Positions 1 through 9,018 of a stretch of 35,397 bases of DNA are shown here, in pieces; the first letter of the stretch is position 1; each line of letters opens with the position of its first letter. The notes under the pieces were generated by a model, which searched no databases, was not told the origin of the DNA, and worked only from the letters and a program-made list of their open reading frames with translations. Made by a program: the position numbers and the translations under genes. The DNA comes from an uncultured Gammaproteobacteria bacterium (GTDB taxonomy: Bacteria > Patescibacteriota > Patescibacteriia > CAZVIU01), in contig CAZVIU010000001.1 of assembly GCA_964626935.1 (NCBI GenBank), positions 5,056 through 40,452 of the forward strand, read 5' to 3'.

Positions 1-34
1 GATTTTGGGTTACGGAGAAAAGTCGATAAGTATT

Positions 35-1084
35 ATGAATAAACTTTCAATCAATATCGTCACTTGGAATAGTTTTAAATTTTTGCCTGACTGTTTGGAA
101 TCGATTCGCGCGCAAACGTATCGGGATTTTTCCGTTCTTATTATTGACAATAGTTCAACTGATGGAACAGTTAACTTTATAAAAACACACTACCCAGAAT
201 TTACTCTGCTCAAAAATACTAATAATCTAGGGTTTTGCAAGGCGCATAATCAGGGTATTGATTTTGTTATCTCGCACTGGCAAGCCCTTGGCGAGCCCGG
301 TGATCTCGGAATAAGTTATATTTTATTAGCCAATCCGGATATTATTCTGGAATCAGATTTTTTAGAAAAGTTGATGAAAAAGGCTCGCGGGGCGCCAACG
401 GTTGCTAGTTTCGGCGGCAAGTTATTACGAGCTTACTCAAAAGACTTGGGCAGGCTCTCAAGCGTTGTTAAATCAAATATCCTAGATTCTACTGGTTTGG
501 AATTACTTCGGAGCCGTCAGGCCCGTGATCGGGGCACTGGCCTGGAAGATAATGGCGATTTTGATATTGATGAGGAGGTCTTTGGAATCAGCGGCGCCTT
601 AATTTTGCTTAGAGCAGCAGCGCTTTTGGACATCAAGCTTGGACAGGAATATTTAGACGAAGATTTTTTTATGTATAAAGACGATGTTGATTTGGCTTGG
701 AGATTGAGAAATGCTGGTTGGCAGTCTCTTTATGTGCCAACCGCGCGTGCTTATCATTTTCGTTCGGTTCGAGAGGCGGTTCTTTCAAGCTTCCGAGCGC
801 GATTCGAGAATCGTCGTCTTCGTTCATCACAAACACGCATCTATTCGTATCGCAATCACTGGTTTACAATTATCAAAAATGAGCGGGCAAGCAAACTCTT
901 GCTGAATATACCGCTTATCTTTTGGTATGAACTTAAAAAGTTGATTTTTGTAAGCTTATTTGAACCGCGCACCTTGTTGGCCATCCCGAGCTTTTTGATA
1001 AAACTGCCAAAAATGATTAAAAAAAGACGACTAATTATGAAGAAGTCATTAAGTCATGGAGTTATTAAGCAATTAAGATGTTAA
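35..1084 (+). CDS. Family 2 (GT-A) glycosyltransferase
   Basis: Track ORF 5..1084. MNKLSINIVTWNS...LIIDNSSTDGT N-terminus and YKDDVDLAWR acidic motif are typical of GT2. ATG 35 chosen because GT2 proteins start just before this strand. No clear SD; the ORF is open to the window edge. Confidence 0.8.
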   Translation: MNKLSINIVTWNSFKFLPDCLESIRAQTYRDFSVLIIDNSSTDGTVNFIKTHYPEFTLLKNTNNLGFCKAHNQGIDFVISHWQALGEPGDLGISYILLANPDIILESDFLEKLMKKARGAPTVASFGGKLLRAYSKDLGRLSSVVKSNILDSTGLELLRSRQARDRGTGLEDNGDFDIDEEVFGISGALILLRAAALLDIKLGQEYLDEDFFMYKDDVDLAWRLRNAGWQSLYVPTARAYHFRSVREAVLSSFRARFENRRLRSSQTRIYSYRNHWFTIIKNERASKLLLNIPLIFWYELKKLIFVSLFEPRTLLAIPSFLIKLPKMIKKRRLIMKKSLSHGVIKQLRC

Positions 1085-1878
1085 TGAAATTATCCATTGT
1101 TATATTAAATTATAAAACCCGCGGTCTCCTGCGACAGTGTCTCAAAGCGATTTATAATAATCCGCCCGAGTCTCCTTACGAAATAATTGTTATTGATAAT
1201 AATTCAATGGATGGCAGTTTTGAGATGACGCGCGAGAAATTTTCCGAAGTCAAATTTTTATCTTTGGATAAAAATTATGGTTATGCTGGGGGCAATAATC
1301 GCGGCCTGCGCGCTGGTTGCGGCGAGTATTTGGCCATATTAAATCCTGATATTTTAGTCAGGGCCGAAGCGCTTTCGCGACTCATCAGATTTATGGAAAA
1401 AAATCTTGATGTTGGCATGATTGGTCCGAAGCTTCTAAATCCTGACGGAACTTTGCAGTATTCATGTTACTATTTTCCCAAACCCCAAACACCAATTTTT
1501 CGAAGAACGGTTTTAGGACATTTGCCATTTGCCCGTAAAGAGATTAGCCAATATTTAATGACTGATTGGGCGCATGACGAGCCGCGCGATGTTGATTGGC
1601 TTTTGGGCGGGGCTTTATTTATCAGACGAACGGCTTATGAAATGATTGGGGAATTAGATGAACGATTTTTTCTTTATTTTGATGAAGTAGATTATGCTAA
1701 GCGAATGAAGAAAGCCCGCTGGCGCGTAGTTTATTTCCCCGAGGCTCAAATGATACATTTTCATCAACGTGAATCTCGCGGCTCGCTCTGGTCATTTTTA
1801 ACTAATAAAGTAACCAGAATCCATGTTTATTCAGGGATTAAATATTTTTGGAAATATAGAAGCGACAAGAAAATCTGA
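1084..1878 (+). CDS. Family 2 (GT-A) glycosyltransferase
   Basis: MKLSIVILNYKT...VIDNNSMDGS...FDEVDYAKR motifs. ATG 1084 overlaps the upstream stop as TAATG, suggesting translational coupling. Alternative ATG at 1078. Confidence 0.8.
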   Translation: MKLSIVILNYKTRGLLRQCLKAIYNNPPESPYEIIVIDNNSMDGSFEMTREKFSEVKFLSLDKNYGYAGGNNRGLRAGCGEYLAILNPDILVRAEALSRLIRFMEKNLDVGMIGPKLLNPDGTLQYSCYYFPKPQTPIFRRTVLGHLPFARKEISQYLMTDWAHDEPRDVDWLLGGALFIRRTAYEMIGELDERFFLYFDEVDYAKRMKKARWRVVYFPEAQMIHFHQRESRGSLWSFLTNKVTRIHVYSGIKYFWKYRSDKKI

Positions 1879-1934
1879 ACAATAATAGTGTTCATTGTTT
1901 GACTGAAGTGAGGAAAAGGGTTAAGATTAAACGA

Positions 1935-2942
1935 ATGTTTATAAAAAAGATCGGTATTGATCTTGGCACAACCAATACTTTAGTTTATGTCCCGGGCAAG
2001 GGGGTTATTATTAATGAACCTTCGGTGGTGGCTATTTCCACGGTTGATAAAAAGATTTTAGCTGTTGGTCGTGAAGCCAAAGACATGTTAGGCAGAACGC
2101 CAGATACGATCGTGGCCCACCGCCCGTTGAAGGACGGTGTCATTGCTGACTATAAAACCACTGAAGCCATGCTTCGTTATTTTATAAACAAATCGCTTGG
2201 CGGTTTGCGTCTTTTTCGTCCAGAAGTTATGGTGGCCGTGCCCGGCGGCATCACCTCGACCGAACGTCGGGCGGTGATTGATGCCACCCTAGCTTCAGGC
2301 GCGCGCGCCGCCTATATTATTAAGGAACCAATCGTAGCCGATATTGGCGCGGACATTCCTATCGGCAGCGCTTCTGGACACATGATTATTGATATTGGCG
2401 GCGGCACAGCCGAGACGGCTGTAATTTCTTTGGGCGGCATTGTTTCATCAGCCTCAGTAAGAATTGGCGGCAATCGTTTGGACGCGGCCATTGCTGAATA
2501 TGTGCGCAAAAAATATGGATTGGCGATTGGCGAACGCACGGCTGAAGAAATAAAAATTAGAACAGGTTCGGCGATGTATTTGCCGGAGAAAATATTCATT
2601 GATATTAAAGGACGAGATATGCTTTCCGGTCTGCCTAAAGTCGTCCGCATTTCTTCTGATGATGTAACTGATGCCATTACCGAAGAACTTCACGGAATTA
2701 TTGAAGCAGTTAAAGAAGTCTTGCATCAAACTCCGCCAGAACTTGCGGCTGATGTTATGGAGCGGGGGATAATGCTCTCTGGCGGCACATCGCAGCTGCG
2801 TAATTTAGATCGTTTAATTTCCGAAGCCATTGGCGTGCCAGCTTATGTGGCTGAAGAGCCAATGCTTTGTGTGGTCAAGGGTACAGGAGTCGCGCTAGAA
2901 AATCTGGAGTCGTATAAGCGAAGCATTCTTGCTACAAAATAA
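1935..2942 (+). CDS. mreB: Rod-shape determining actin-like ATPase MreB
   Basis: IGIDLGTTNTLVY, DIGGGTAE and LSGGTSQLRNLD actin-fold phosphate/adenosine motifs; length about 335 aa. ATG 1935 lies inside the track ORF that begins at TTG 1899. Confidence 0.9.
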   Translation: MFIKKIGIDLGTTNTLVYVPGKGVIINEPSVVAISTVDKKILAVGREAKDMLGRTPDTIVAHRPLKDGVIADYKTTEAMLRYFINKSLGGLRLFRPEVMVAVPGGITSTERRAVIDATLASGARAAYIIKEPIVADIGADIPIGSASGHMIIDIGGGTAETAVISLGGIVSSASVRIGGNRLDAAIAEYVRKKYGLAIGERTAEEIKIRTGSAMYLPEKIFIDIKGRDMLSGLPKVVRISSDDVTDAITEELHGIIEAVKEVLHQTPPELAADVMERGIMLSGGTSQLRNLDRLISEAIGVPAYVAEEPMLCVVKGTGVALENLESYKRSILATK

Positions 2943-2970
2943 TTAAAAATTCAAAAATCAAAACGCAAAA
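2943..2970. repeat. Heptanucleotide tandem array x4
   Basis: TTAAAAA TTCAAAA ATCAAAA CGCAAAA, starting directly after the mreB stop codon. Confidence 0.7.
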
Positions 2971-3083
2971 GGAGATGCTACCGAACTTCAATGGTTATTA
3001 AACGAACTTGTAGAGATTGCCAATATTTTGGCTTCAAGCACCCTCACTCTAAAAGGCAGAAAATAATTTTCACACTTTAAAAT

Positions 3084-3118
3084 GTCATTTTTTATTTTGA
3101 TCTTTGTATTTTACATTT
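3084..3118. repeat. Degenerate heptad array x5 abutting the GT4 ATG
   Basis: GTCATTT TTTATTT TGATCTT TGTATTT TACATTT, then ATG 3119. Confidence 0.5.
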
Positions 3119-4396
3119 ATGTTAATTGGTATCGATGCCTCACGCGCCAACTTAGAAAAGAAGACCGGAGTAGAACACTACTCCTATTTTTTAATTCAAG
3201 AATTTAAAAAAATAATAAAAATTGAGCCCGAACCCTTACTGCGGGCGCAACACGAGGTTCGGGCTCAAGTTAAAAAAGTAATTCTATATTCTCCAGAGCC
3301 TTTGCGCGGCGATCTCGGTAACCTGTCAAAGAATTGGCAATGGCAAAAAGTGCGATCACCGATAAATCTGCCGACCGGCAAATTTATTGGTAACGGAAAA
3401 TTACACGGCAAGCGTCCATTTTTATGGACGCAGCTAGGTCTGGCACTAGAAATGCTGCGGCGGCCACCTGATATTCTTTTTGTGCCATCGCATGCCCTGC
3501 CATTTATCTGTCCAAAAAACTCTTTTGTTACTATTCACGACATTGGTTTTGAACGATTTCCAGAAAGTTATCATTGGTTGGCGCGCCTGTATCACGAGTT
3601 GGTAACTCGGTTTGCTCTAACTCGAGCAAAGAAAGTCATCACCATTTCAGAATTTAGTAAAAACGAGCTTGTTTCGTTTTATCATGCTGATCCAGAAAAA
3701 ATAGCGGCTATATTGATTGCGTACGATAATTTAAGATTTCATGCTAATTTAGATCTGGTAAAAAAGGAAGTGGTTTTAGAAAAATATTTTCCGCGATCTG
3801 AAAAATCCGAATTGCATCCGAATGATGCAAAATACATTTTATATGTTGGTCGGCTTGAAAAAAAGAAAAATATTTTAACTTTGATTAAAGCATTTGAACT
3901 ACTTTCCAAAATCTATAACCTACCACCGCGGGGCGGGATCCTGTTCGCGGGACAACCTATGACTTATAATCTCGTTCTTGCCGGTTATCCCGCCTTCGGC
4001 TTTGACGAAATACGTAAGACTGTTCAAGATTCTCCAGTTCGTGATCGTATCAAAGTCTTAGATTATGTCCCTAGTGATGATCTGCCTTATTTAATGTCCG
4101 GCGCAAGCGTTTTTGTTTTTCCATCGCTTTATGAGGGTTTTGGTATTCCAATTTTGGAAGCAATGGCTGTTGGCACGCCAGTTGTTTGTTCTGATATTCC
4201 TAGCCTAAAAGAAGTGGGCGGCCAAGCCGCGTTGTTTGCTAACCCCCAAAGCCCAGAAGATTTTGCCCTAAACATACATCAAGTTTTAACTGATCAAAAT
4301 CTCCGCGAAACTTTAATTAATCGCGGCCTTGAACAAGTTAAAAAATTTTCCTGGGCAAAGACCGCTAAGGCAACCGTTGACCTTTTGATTAGCTAA
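3119..4396 (+). CDS. GT-B fold (GT4-like) glycosyltransferase with N-terminal insertions
   Basis: N-terminal IGIDASRANLEKKTGVEHY and C-terminal FPSLYEGFGIPILEAMAVGTPVV (E-x7-E region) are typical of GT4. ATG 3119 has no SD and is abutted by a T-rich heptad array. Confidence 0.8.
   Translation: MLIGIDASRANLEKKTGVEHYSYFLIQEFKKIIKIEPEPLLRAQHEVRAQVKKVILYSPEPLRGDLGNLSKNWQWQKVRSPINLPTGKFIGNGKLHGKRPFLWTQLGLALEMLRRPPDILFVPSHALPFICPKNSFVTIHDIGFERFPESYHWLARLYHELVTRFALTRAKKVITISEFSKNELVSFYHADPEKIAAILIAYDNLRFHANLDLVKKEVVLEKYFPRSEKSELHPNDAKYILYVGRLEKKKNILTLIKAFELLSKIYNLPPRGGILFAGQPMTYNLVLAGYPAFGFDEIRKTVQDSPVRDRIKVLDYVPSDDLPYLMSGASVFVFPSLYEGFGIPILEAMAVGTPVVCSDIPSLKEVGGQAALFANPQSPEDFALNIHQVLTDQNLRETLINRGLEQVKKFSWAKTAKATVDLLIS
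3222..3268. repeat. 13-bp perfect inverted repeat inside the GT4 coding sequence
   Basis: TTGAGCCCGAACC, then 21 nt, then GGTTCGGGCTCAA. It is GC-rich, flanked by A-runs, and encodes EPEPLLRAQHEVRAQ in an apparent insertion. Confidence 0.8.
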
Positions 4397-4442
4397 TGCT
4401 AGTATGAGTTTTATGTCCAAAACGAACAAGGAGAAACAACCA

Positions 4443-6212
4443 ATGGATATTTGGGCAACAGTTAAGTTCGTTGTCAATTTATTGCATCCGCATAAACGGT
4501 TGGTGATGGTTCTTTCATTGTTGGCATTTCTCGCGGCGCTACTCGGAGTCATTATCCCGATTGTGTATGGAAAAGTGCTTGATACGGTGCTCGCCAAATC
4601 GCCGGTTGTTACTGTTGTCTGGTTTCTTGTCATTTGGTTTGCACTACGCATTATCGTTGGATGGTTGCACCGTACCATTAATCATCGGGGAAGATTAATG
4701 GCGCATGGTGTCTCTTCAGAACTGGCTACTTCAATGGAGCAAAGGCTTTTTGATTTACCGCTTTCATTTCATCAAGGCAATAAGCTTCATGATGTGTCCG
4801 ATAAGATTGGTACCTTGCGATGGACATTGAACAATGTGATTGAATGGGGACTTTTTGATACCGGACCAACGTTTATTGCGTCAATCTGCATGGTTGCATA
4901 TACCGCCTTTCTTGATGTGCGAGTAGCAGCGACACTCTTCAGTGGTTTAGTGTTATTCCTTATAAGCAATATCGCACGGTCGAAAAAATTTATTGCTCTA
5001 CTGGAAGAATCGGATGAGTATGATCACGATCGCGTTGCGAGTATCTATGATGGTCTTGGCAATATCCTCATTGTAAAATCATCAGGCGGTGAGGGGTTCG
5101 AGCGGCAAAGGGCGCATGACGGACTACTTGGTTTACGAGAAAAAAATAATGTTTGGGCTCGGTGGCTCAAGGGTACGGTGTTGCGACAGGATATCATCGC
5201 AGCGTTTGGAGTCTTGGGAGCAATTTCATTTGCCGCTCACAGTGTTTATGTCGGACGTCTTACGGGCGGACAATTTGTAAGCATTATTGGTTATGCGTAT
5301 ACCATTTTTGGTTATATTGCATGGATTCAGTGGCAGTTCGTCAGTCTACTCAAAATAGTTGCGCGTAAAAAATTTGTGGATGAGATTTTTTCTGAAAAGA
5401 TTGAAGACTATGAAAGCGGCAGAGCGTTTGCCATCGAAGGAGCTGTAGAATTCAAGGGGGTCAGTTTTAGATACCGTGAAAATGTGCCGTTACTCCACGA
5501 TGTTAATTTCGCGGTTCGTGCTGGAGAACAAGTCGCGATTGTTGGCGAGAGCGGTGAAGGAAAGACAACGATCGTAGAATTGCTCGGTAGATACATGGCG
5601 CAACGCCAAGGAAGCATTACCATTGATAGACACAATGTTAATGAGATAAATCTCCGTTCATTGCGTGGTCAGATGGCTTATGTTCCACAAGACCTGACGC
5701 TCTTCCACGATACTATCGGCGCTAATATCCGTTATGGCAGGCGAGACGCGCAAGATAGTGAGGTGCAGGAAGCAATACGAAAAGCGCATCTTAACGAGTT
5801 CGTCGCAAGGTTGCCCGAAGGACTGGAGACAAAAGTAGGCGAGAGGGGATTGAAATTGTCGGCTGGCGAACGTCAACGCGTTGCGCTAGCTCGCGCTTTT
5901 CTTCGCGATCCAAGGATTTTAATTCTTGATGAGCCAACTTCAAATCTTGACGCTAAAACTGAAGAAATTATCCGCGCCTCGCTTCTAAAATTAATGCAAG
6001 GTCGGACGACATTAATTATTGCTCACCGCTTGCGCACTATTCGTGAAGCAGACAAGATTTTAGTGTTAAAAGATGGCCGTATTGTTCAAGAAGGAAGACA
6101 TGATGAGCTTATAATACAAGGCGGTGTTTACAATGAACTGCTTCGCGCTCAAGCCGGTTTTGTTCAAGAAGATATAGATGATAAAGAGGCATCAACTGCC
6201 CTAGAGCCCTAA
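4443..6212 (+). CDS. ABC exporter, fused permease/ATPase (MsbA-like type I exporter)
   Basis: N-terminal multi-helix TMD, then Walker A GESGEGKTT, signature LSAGERQR, Walker B ILILDEPTS and H-loop IAHRL. AAGGAG lies 9 nt before ATG 4443; the longer ORF from 4404 is possible. Confidence 0.85.
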   Translation: MDIWATVKFVVNLLHPHKRLVMVLSLLAFLAALLGVIIPIVYGKVLDTVLAKSPVVTVVWFLVIWFALRIIVGWLHRTINHRGRLMAHGVSSELATSMEQRLFDLPLSFHQGNKLHDVSDKIGTLRWTLNNVIEWGLFDTGPTFIASICMVAYTAFLDVRVAATLFSGLVLFLISNIARSKKFIALLEESDEYDHDRVASIYDGLGNILIVKSSGGEGFERQRAHDGLLGLREKNNVWARWLKGTVLRQDIIAAFGVLGAISFAAHSVYVGRLTGGQFVSIIGYAYTIFGYIAWIQWQFVSLLKIVARKKFVDEIFSEKIEDYESGRAFAIEGAVEFKGVSFRYRENVPLLHDVNFAVRAGEQVAIVGESGEGKTTIVELLGRYMAQRQGSITIDRHNVNEINLRSLRGQMAYVPQDLTLFHDTIGANIRYGRRDAQDSEVQEAIRKAHLNEFVARLPEGLETKVGERGLKLSAGERQRVALARAFLRDPRILILDEPTSNLDAKTEEIIRASLLKLMQGRTTLIIAHRLRTIREADKILVLKDGRIVQEGRHDELIIQGGVYNELLRAQAGFVQEDIDDKEASTALEP

Positions 6213-6358
6213 ACTAGCGTACAGAGACTTGACAGCAATTTTCATCCATGCTACGCTTGGAATACTCATTGAAAATTAGGCAAATTATCGCCTTGCCTGT
6301 TGGAGAAGATTTTGGTAGGGTAGCTGTTGAGAGAACTGTAGAATCAGCCTAAATTCGT

Positions 6359-6385
6359 AAAGAGTCCCTCGGGACTCTTTTTCTA
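6359..6385 (+). terminator. Rho-independent terminator-like hairpin
   Basis: AAAGAGTCCC-TC-GGGACTCTTT followed by TTC, about 147 nt downstream of the ABC exporter stop. Confidence 0.6.
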
Positions 6386-6401
6386 TTCTTGCAGATCTAT
6401 A

Positions 6402-6445
6402 TACGGAGGTCCGACCTCCGAATATTCGGAGGTCGGACCTCCGTA
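6402..6445. terminator. 44-bp perfect nested palindrome between convergent genes
   Basis: TACGGAGGTCCGACCTCCGAATATTCGGAGGTCGGACCTCCGTA. Every position pairs, and each arm is itself a 17-nt palindrome. It ends 2 nt from the corA-like stop. Confidence 0.65.
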
Positions 6446-6447
6446 CT

Positions 6448-7401
6448 CTATAACCATTTTTTCTTTTCAAAAAATTCAAACATGGCTAGAGCGCCGGCGA
6501 CAATAATCCCGACAACTACCCAAAATCCATAAGACAAATCCCGGAAAGGCATGCCCGGAAGATCAGTGGCAAAAAGGGTAGCAAAAAGAGTCAGCGGGAA
6601 AGTAATAACAGCAATAATAGTTAAGGTCTTCATAATCATATTGGTGCGGAAATCTATCAGTGAAACATTGGTGCTATGCAAAGCGTCAACCGTGTCTTTA
6701 TAATTATCCAGTAGGTCCCATATTTCTTGAATCCCTAAAACTAAATCACGTGAATAATTTTCTAATTTGCCAGTAGCAAAAAATCTCGGCACCATTTCAA
6801 GCAGGCGATTAACAATTAATTTATGCGATTGCATTGATCGGCGGAAATTAACAATGTTAGTTTTGATTCGTAGCAGTGTCCAAATAGTGGTTTTTTCAAA
6901 TTCAGAAAAGATTTTTTTCTCAATCTCATCGATATCATTGGAAAGATGAACTAGCATGCGCGAGGCATCGTTAAGCTCGCGGCTTAAAATTTCATAAAGC
7001 AAAGTTGCTGGATCGGAGTTTAAACAAATATTGCGCGAAGCCGAGTCAATACCACAAGTTTTAAAAAGATTAGTAAGCGGCTCGAGCTCTTGGGCGTGCA
7101 CAGTTACCAAAAAATTTTTACCGATGAAAAAATCTACTTCTGAAGGGCGCAGCTCGCCGCTTTTACGATCATAAAACGGAAAAAGCAAGACCATAAAAAT
7201 ATATTTTCCACGATCAAATATTTTATGACGCTGCAGGGGCGGCAGAGTATCACGAAGATCCTGATCGCTAAAGTTAAATTCGCGCTTGAGCTGCAAAAGC
7301 GCTTTTTTATCGCCAGCTAAAACATTTAGCCAGCGTAAACGGCCGTGTTTTATTTCAGTAATTGATCTTAATGGTTTTTGACTGCCTCCTCCCTTAGGCA
7401 T
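6448..7401 (-). CDS. CorA-like (MIT superfamily) divalent cation transporter lacking the canonical GMN motif
   Basis: Large soluble N-domain plus two C-terminal TM helices ending FEKKKWL, as in CorA. The periplasmic loop reads DLPGMPF where CorA has YGMNF. No SD before the ATG. Confidence 0.7.
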   Translation of the reverse strand: MPKGGGSQKPLRSITEIKHGRLRWLNVLAGDKKALLQLKREFNFSDQDLRDTLPPLQRHKIFDRGKYIFMVLLFPFYDRKSGELRPSEVDFFIGKNFLVTVHAQELEPLTNLFKTCGIDSASRNICLNSDPATLLYEILSRELNDASRMLVHLSNDIDEIEKKIFSEFEKTTIWTLLRIKTNIVNFRRSMQSHKLIVNRLLEMVPRFFATGKLENYSRDLVLGIQEIWDLLDNYKDTVDALHSTNVSLIDFRTNMIMKTLTIIAVITFPLTLFATLFATDLPGMPFRDLSYGFWVVVGIIVAGALAMFEFFEKKKWL

Positions 7402-7436
7402 AGATTAGGTTTTAGATATTAAGCGTTGGTTTTGAT
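7402..7436. repeat. Degenerate heptad array x5 abutting the corA-like ATG
   Basis: AGATTAG GTTTTAG ATATTAA GCGTTGG TTTTGAT on the plus strand. TAG, TAG and TAA at 7406, 7413 and 7420 occupy all three frames. Confidence 0.5.
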
Positions 7437-7543
7437 CTCATATCTGCAAACGTGAAACAGATCTAGCTACGTAATCATGTTTTACAGGCCACCTTTTTTA
7501 TTATACCATATTAAAGAGGCGAGTATTAAGAGAAGCAAGAATT

Positions 7544-8497
7544 ATGAATCATGGTAATAAACATTTTTTAGTTAATGTTCTAAGAGCGGCGCCGAGCTCG
7601 GGAGTGGCTGAAGTTATAAATAATCTTTTTGAAAAAAATGGCGATTTTGATTTAGTTACATATATTTATGTAGTGGATCACGAGAAACTTGTTGGCGTAC
7701 TTTCGATTAAAGAATTGCTTAGAGCAAAAAAGGAGGTAGTAGTCTCGGAGATTATGCAGGCAAACCCAGTTGTTTTACATTCTAATGGAACCACTGAACA
7801 AGCCGCGGCTCTAGCTATTCGGCACGGCATCAAGGCTGTCCCAATTACCGATAGCCTTGGAAAGTTTTTAGGAGTTATTGGTACTGATACAATTTTACAC
7901 ACACTGCACAAAGATCATATTGAAGACCTTTTGCGATTAGGCGGCATTAAAATCCTTGAACAAAAACATATTATGGAAATGCTTTTTGACCGCGTCGGGC
8001 ATCTCCTGCGTATCCGGTTACCATGGTTAATTTTAGGACTCGGGGGCGGTTTTTTGGCAACTCTAATTGTCAGTCAATTTCAAGAAGAGCTGTCCAAGAT
8101 ATTGGCTCTAGCTTTTTTTATTCCGGTGATTGTTTATATGTCGGACGCCATTGGCACGCAAACGCAAACACTTTTTATAAGGGCTTTAGCAATTAAGAAA
8201 TTTTCTCTTAAGCGTTATATTTTAAAGGAGGTTTCAGTAGATGTTGTTCTTGGCGCCATCCTTGGCGCAATCATTATGATTTTTAGTTTAATTTGGGGCC
8301 AAAAAGAAGTTGCTCTAGTTGTTGGACTGGCCATGGCCATCAATGTCGTTTTGGCTGGGACAGTGGCAATTTTGATTTCCTGGATTCTTTACCGCGCGCA
8401 CAAAGATCCGGCCATTGGCGCTGGACCATTTGCCACGGTTGTTCAAGATGTTCTAAGTCTGGTGGTTTATTTTGTTACAGCAAAACTTATACTTTGA
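7544..8497 (+). CDS. mgtE: MgtE-family Mg2+ transporter (CBS pair + membrane domain, N-domain absent)
   Basis: Two CBS-like units (VGVLSIKELL, LGVIGTDTILHTL) followed by an MgtE membrane domain with PVIVYMSDAIGTQTQT. At 317 aa it is much shorter than canonical MgtE. Confidence 0.75.
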   Translation: MNHGNKHFLVNVLRAAPSSGVAEVINNLFEKNGDFDLVTYIYVVDHEKLVGVLSIKELLRAKKEVVVSEIMQANPVVLHSNGTTEQAAALAIRHGIKAVPITDSLGKFLGVIGTDTILHTLHKDHIEDLLRLGGIKILEQKHIMEMLFDRVGHLLRIRLPWLILGLGGGFLATLIVSQFQEELSKILALAFFIPVIVYMSDAIGTQTQTLFIRALAIKKFSLKRYILKEVSVDVVLGAILGAIIMIFSLIWGQKEVALVVGLAMAINVVLAGTVAILISWILYRAHKDPAIGAGPFATVVQDVLSLVVYFVTAKLIL

Positions 8498-8546
8498 CTG
8501 TTGACTTAGCCGCCCTTTTATGCTAAATCTGCTATAGGAGGAAGAC

Positions 8547-9008
8547 ATGAATCAAGGCAGGACCATTGTTCTTTTCATAAGTTTTTTGATGTTTAGCGAA
8601 AGTAATGTATTAGCTGAATTACCAGACTCTAGCGCGCAAGTTATCTGGCGAGATGGCGGAAACCGTGTTGATATTTGCGCGTCAGGAGTTAGAGTTTTTA
8701 AAGAACTAACCAATGTTTGTTACGTTGTATCTTTAAAAAGAGGACACGAGTGGTTAAGAATTAATTATCTTGCGAGAGACGACCGTCGCCAATATTTCCG
8801 CTGGATTGAAATTAAAGACGACAATCATGATGGCCAAGCTGACCGCGTTCTCGCCTTTAATTTTCAGTATAAACGAAGTTGGCCGCGTACAGCAGAAATT
8901 TTTCGCAAAGCCGATGAATTGCTTGGACGATTTAGAAAAGAGCTTGAAGTTCAAAAAGTATTAGAAGGCGGTCCAGTTTATCCCGATCCGTTTTTACCAA
9001 GCCGTTAA
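8547..9008 (+). CDS. Secreted hypothetical protein with DxNxDG Ca-binding-loop-like motif
   Basis: Hydrophobic signal-like N-terminus IVLFISFLMFSESNVLA; GGAGG SD upstream; KDDNHDGQAD resembles an EF-hand/DxDxDG loop. No family recognised. Confidence 0.5.
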   Translation: MNQGRTIVLFISFLMFSESNVLAELPDSSAQVIWRDGGNRVDICASGVRVFKELTNVCYVVSLKRGHEWLRINYLARDDRRQYFRWIEIKDDNHDGQADRVLAFNFQYKRSWPRTAEIFRKADELLGRFRKELEVQKVLEGGPVYPDPFLPSR

Positions 9009-9018
9009 GGAGGCAAGT

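Noticed and set aside
2312-2729. Antisense or overlapping ORFs in the six-frame track, for example 697..882, 2312..2677, 2454..2729, 4313..4678, 16639..17625, 18313..18672, 24727..25059, 30357..30746 and 33442..33768.
   Set aside because: All lie inside or antisense to ORFs with clear family motifs. They lack SD sites and have low-complexity or mirror-image composition; for example, the poly-Pro in 24727..25059 is the antisense of the poly-Gly. They are treated as spurious.
2991-3080. 29-codon ORF MVIKRTCRDCQYFGFKHPHSKRQKIIFTL between mreB and the GT4 gene.
   Set aside because: The GGAG is 16 nt from the ATG, which is poor spacing. I recognised no family, and the ORF is too short to support without expression or conservation data.
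7402-7543. M-box (Mg2+) riboswitch in the corA/mgtE intergenic region.
   Set aside because: The spacer is only 142 nt and is shared by two divergent promoters. I could not find the conserved M-box core sequences or its three-helix layout.
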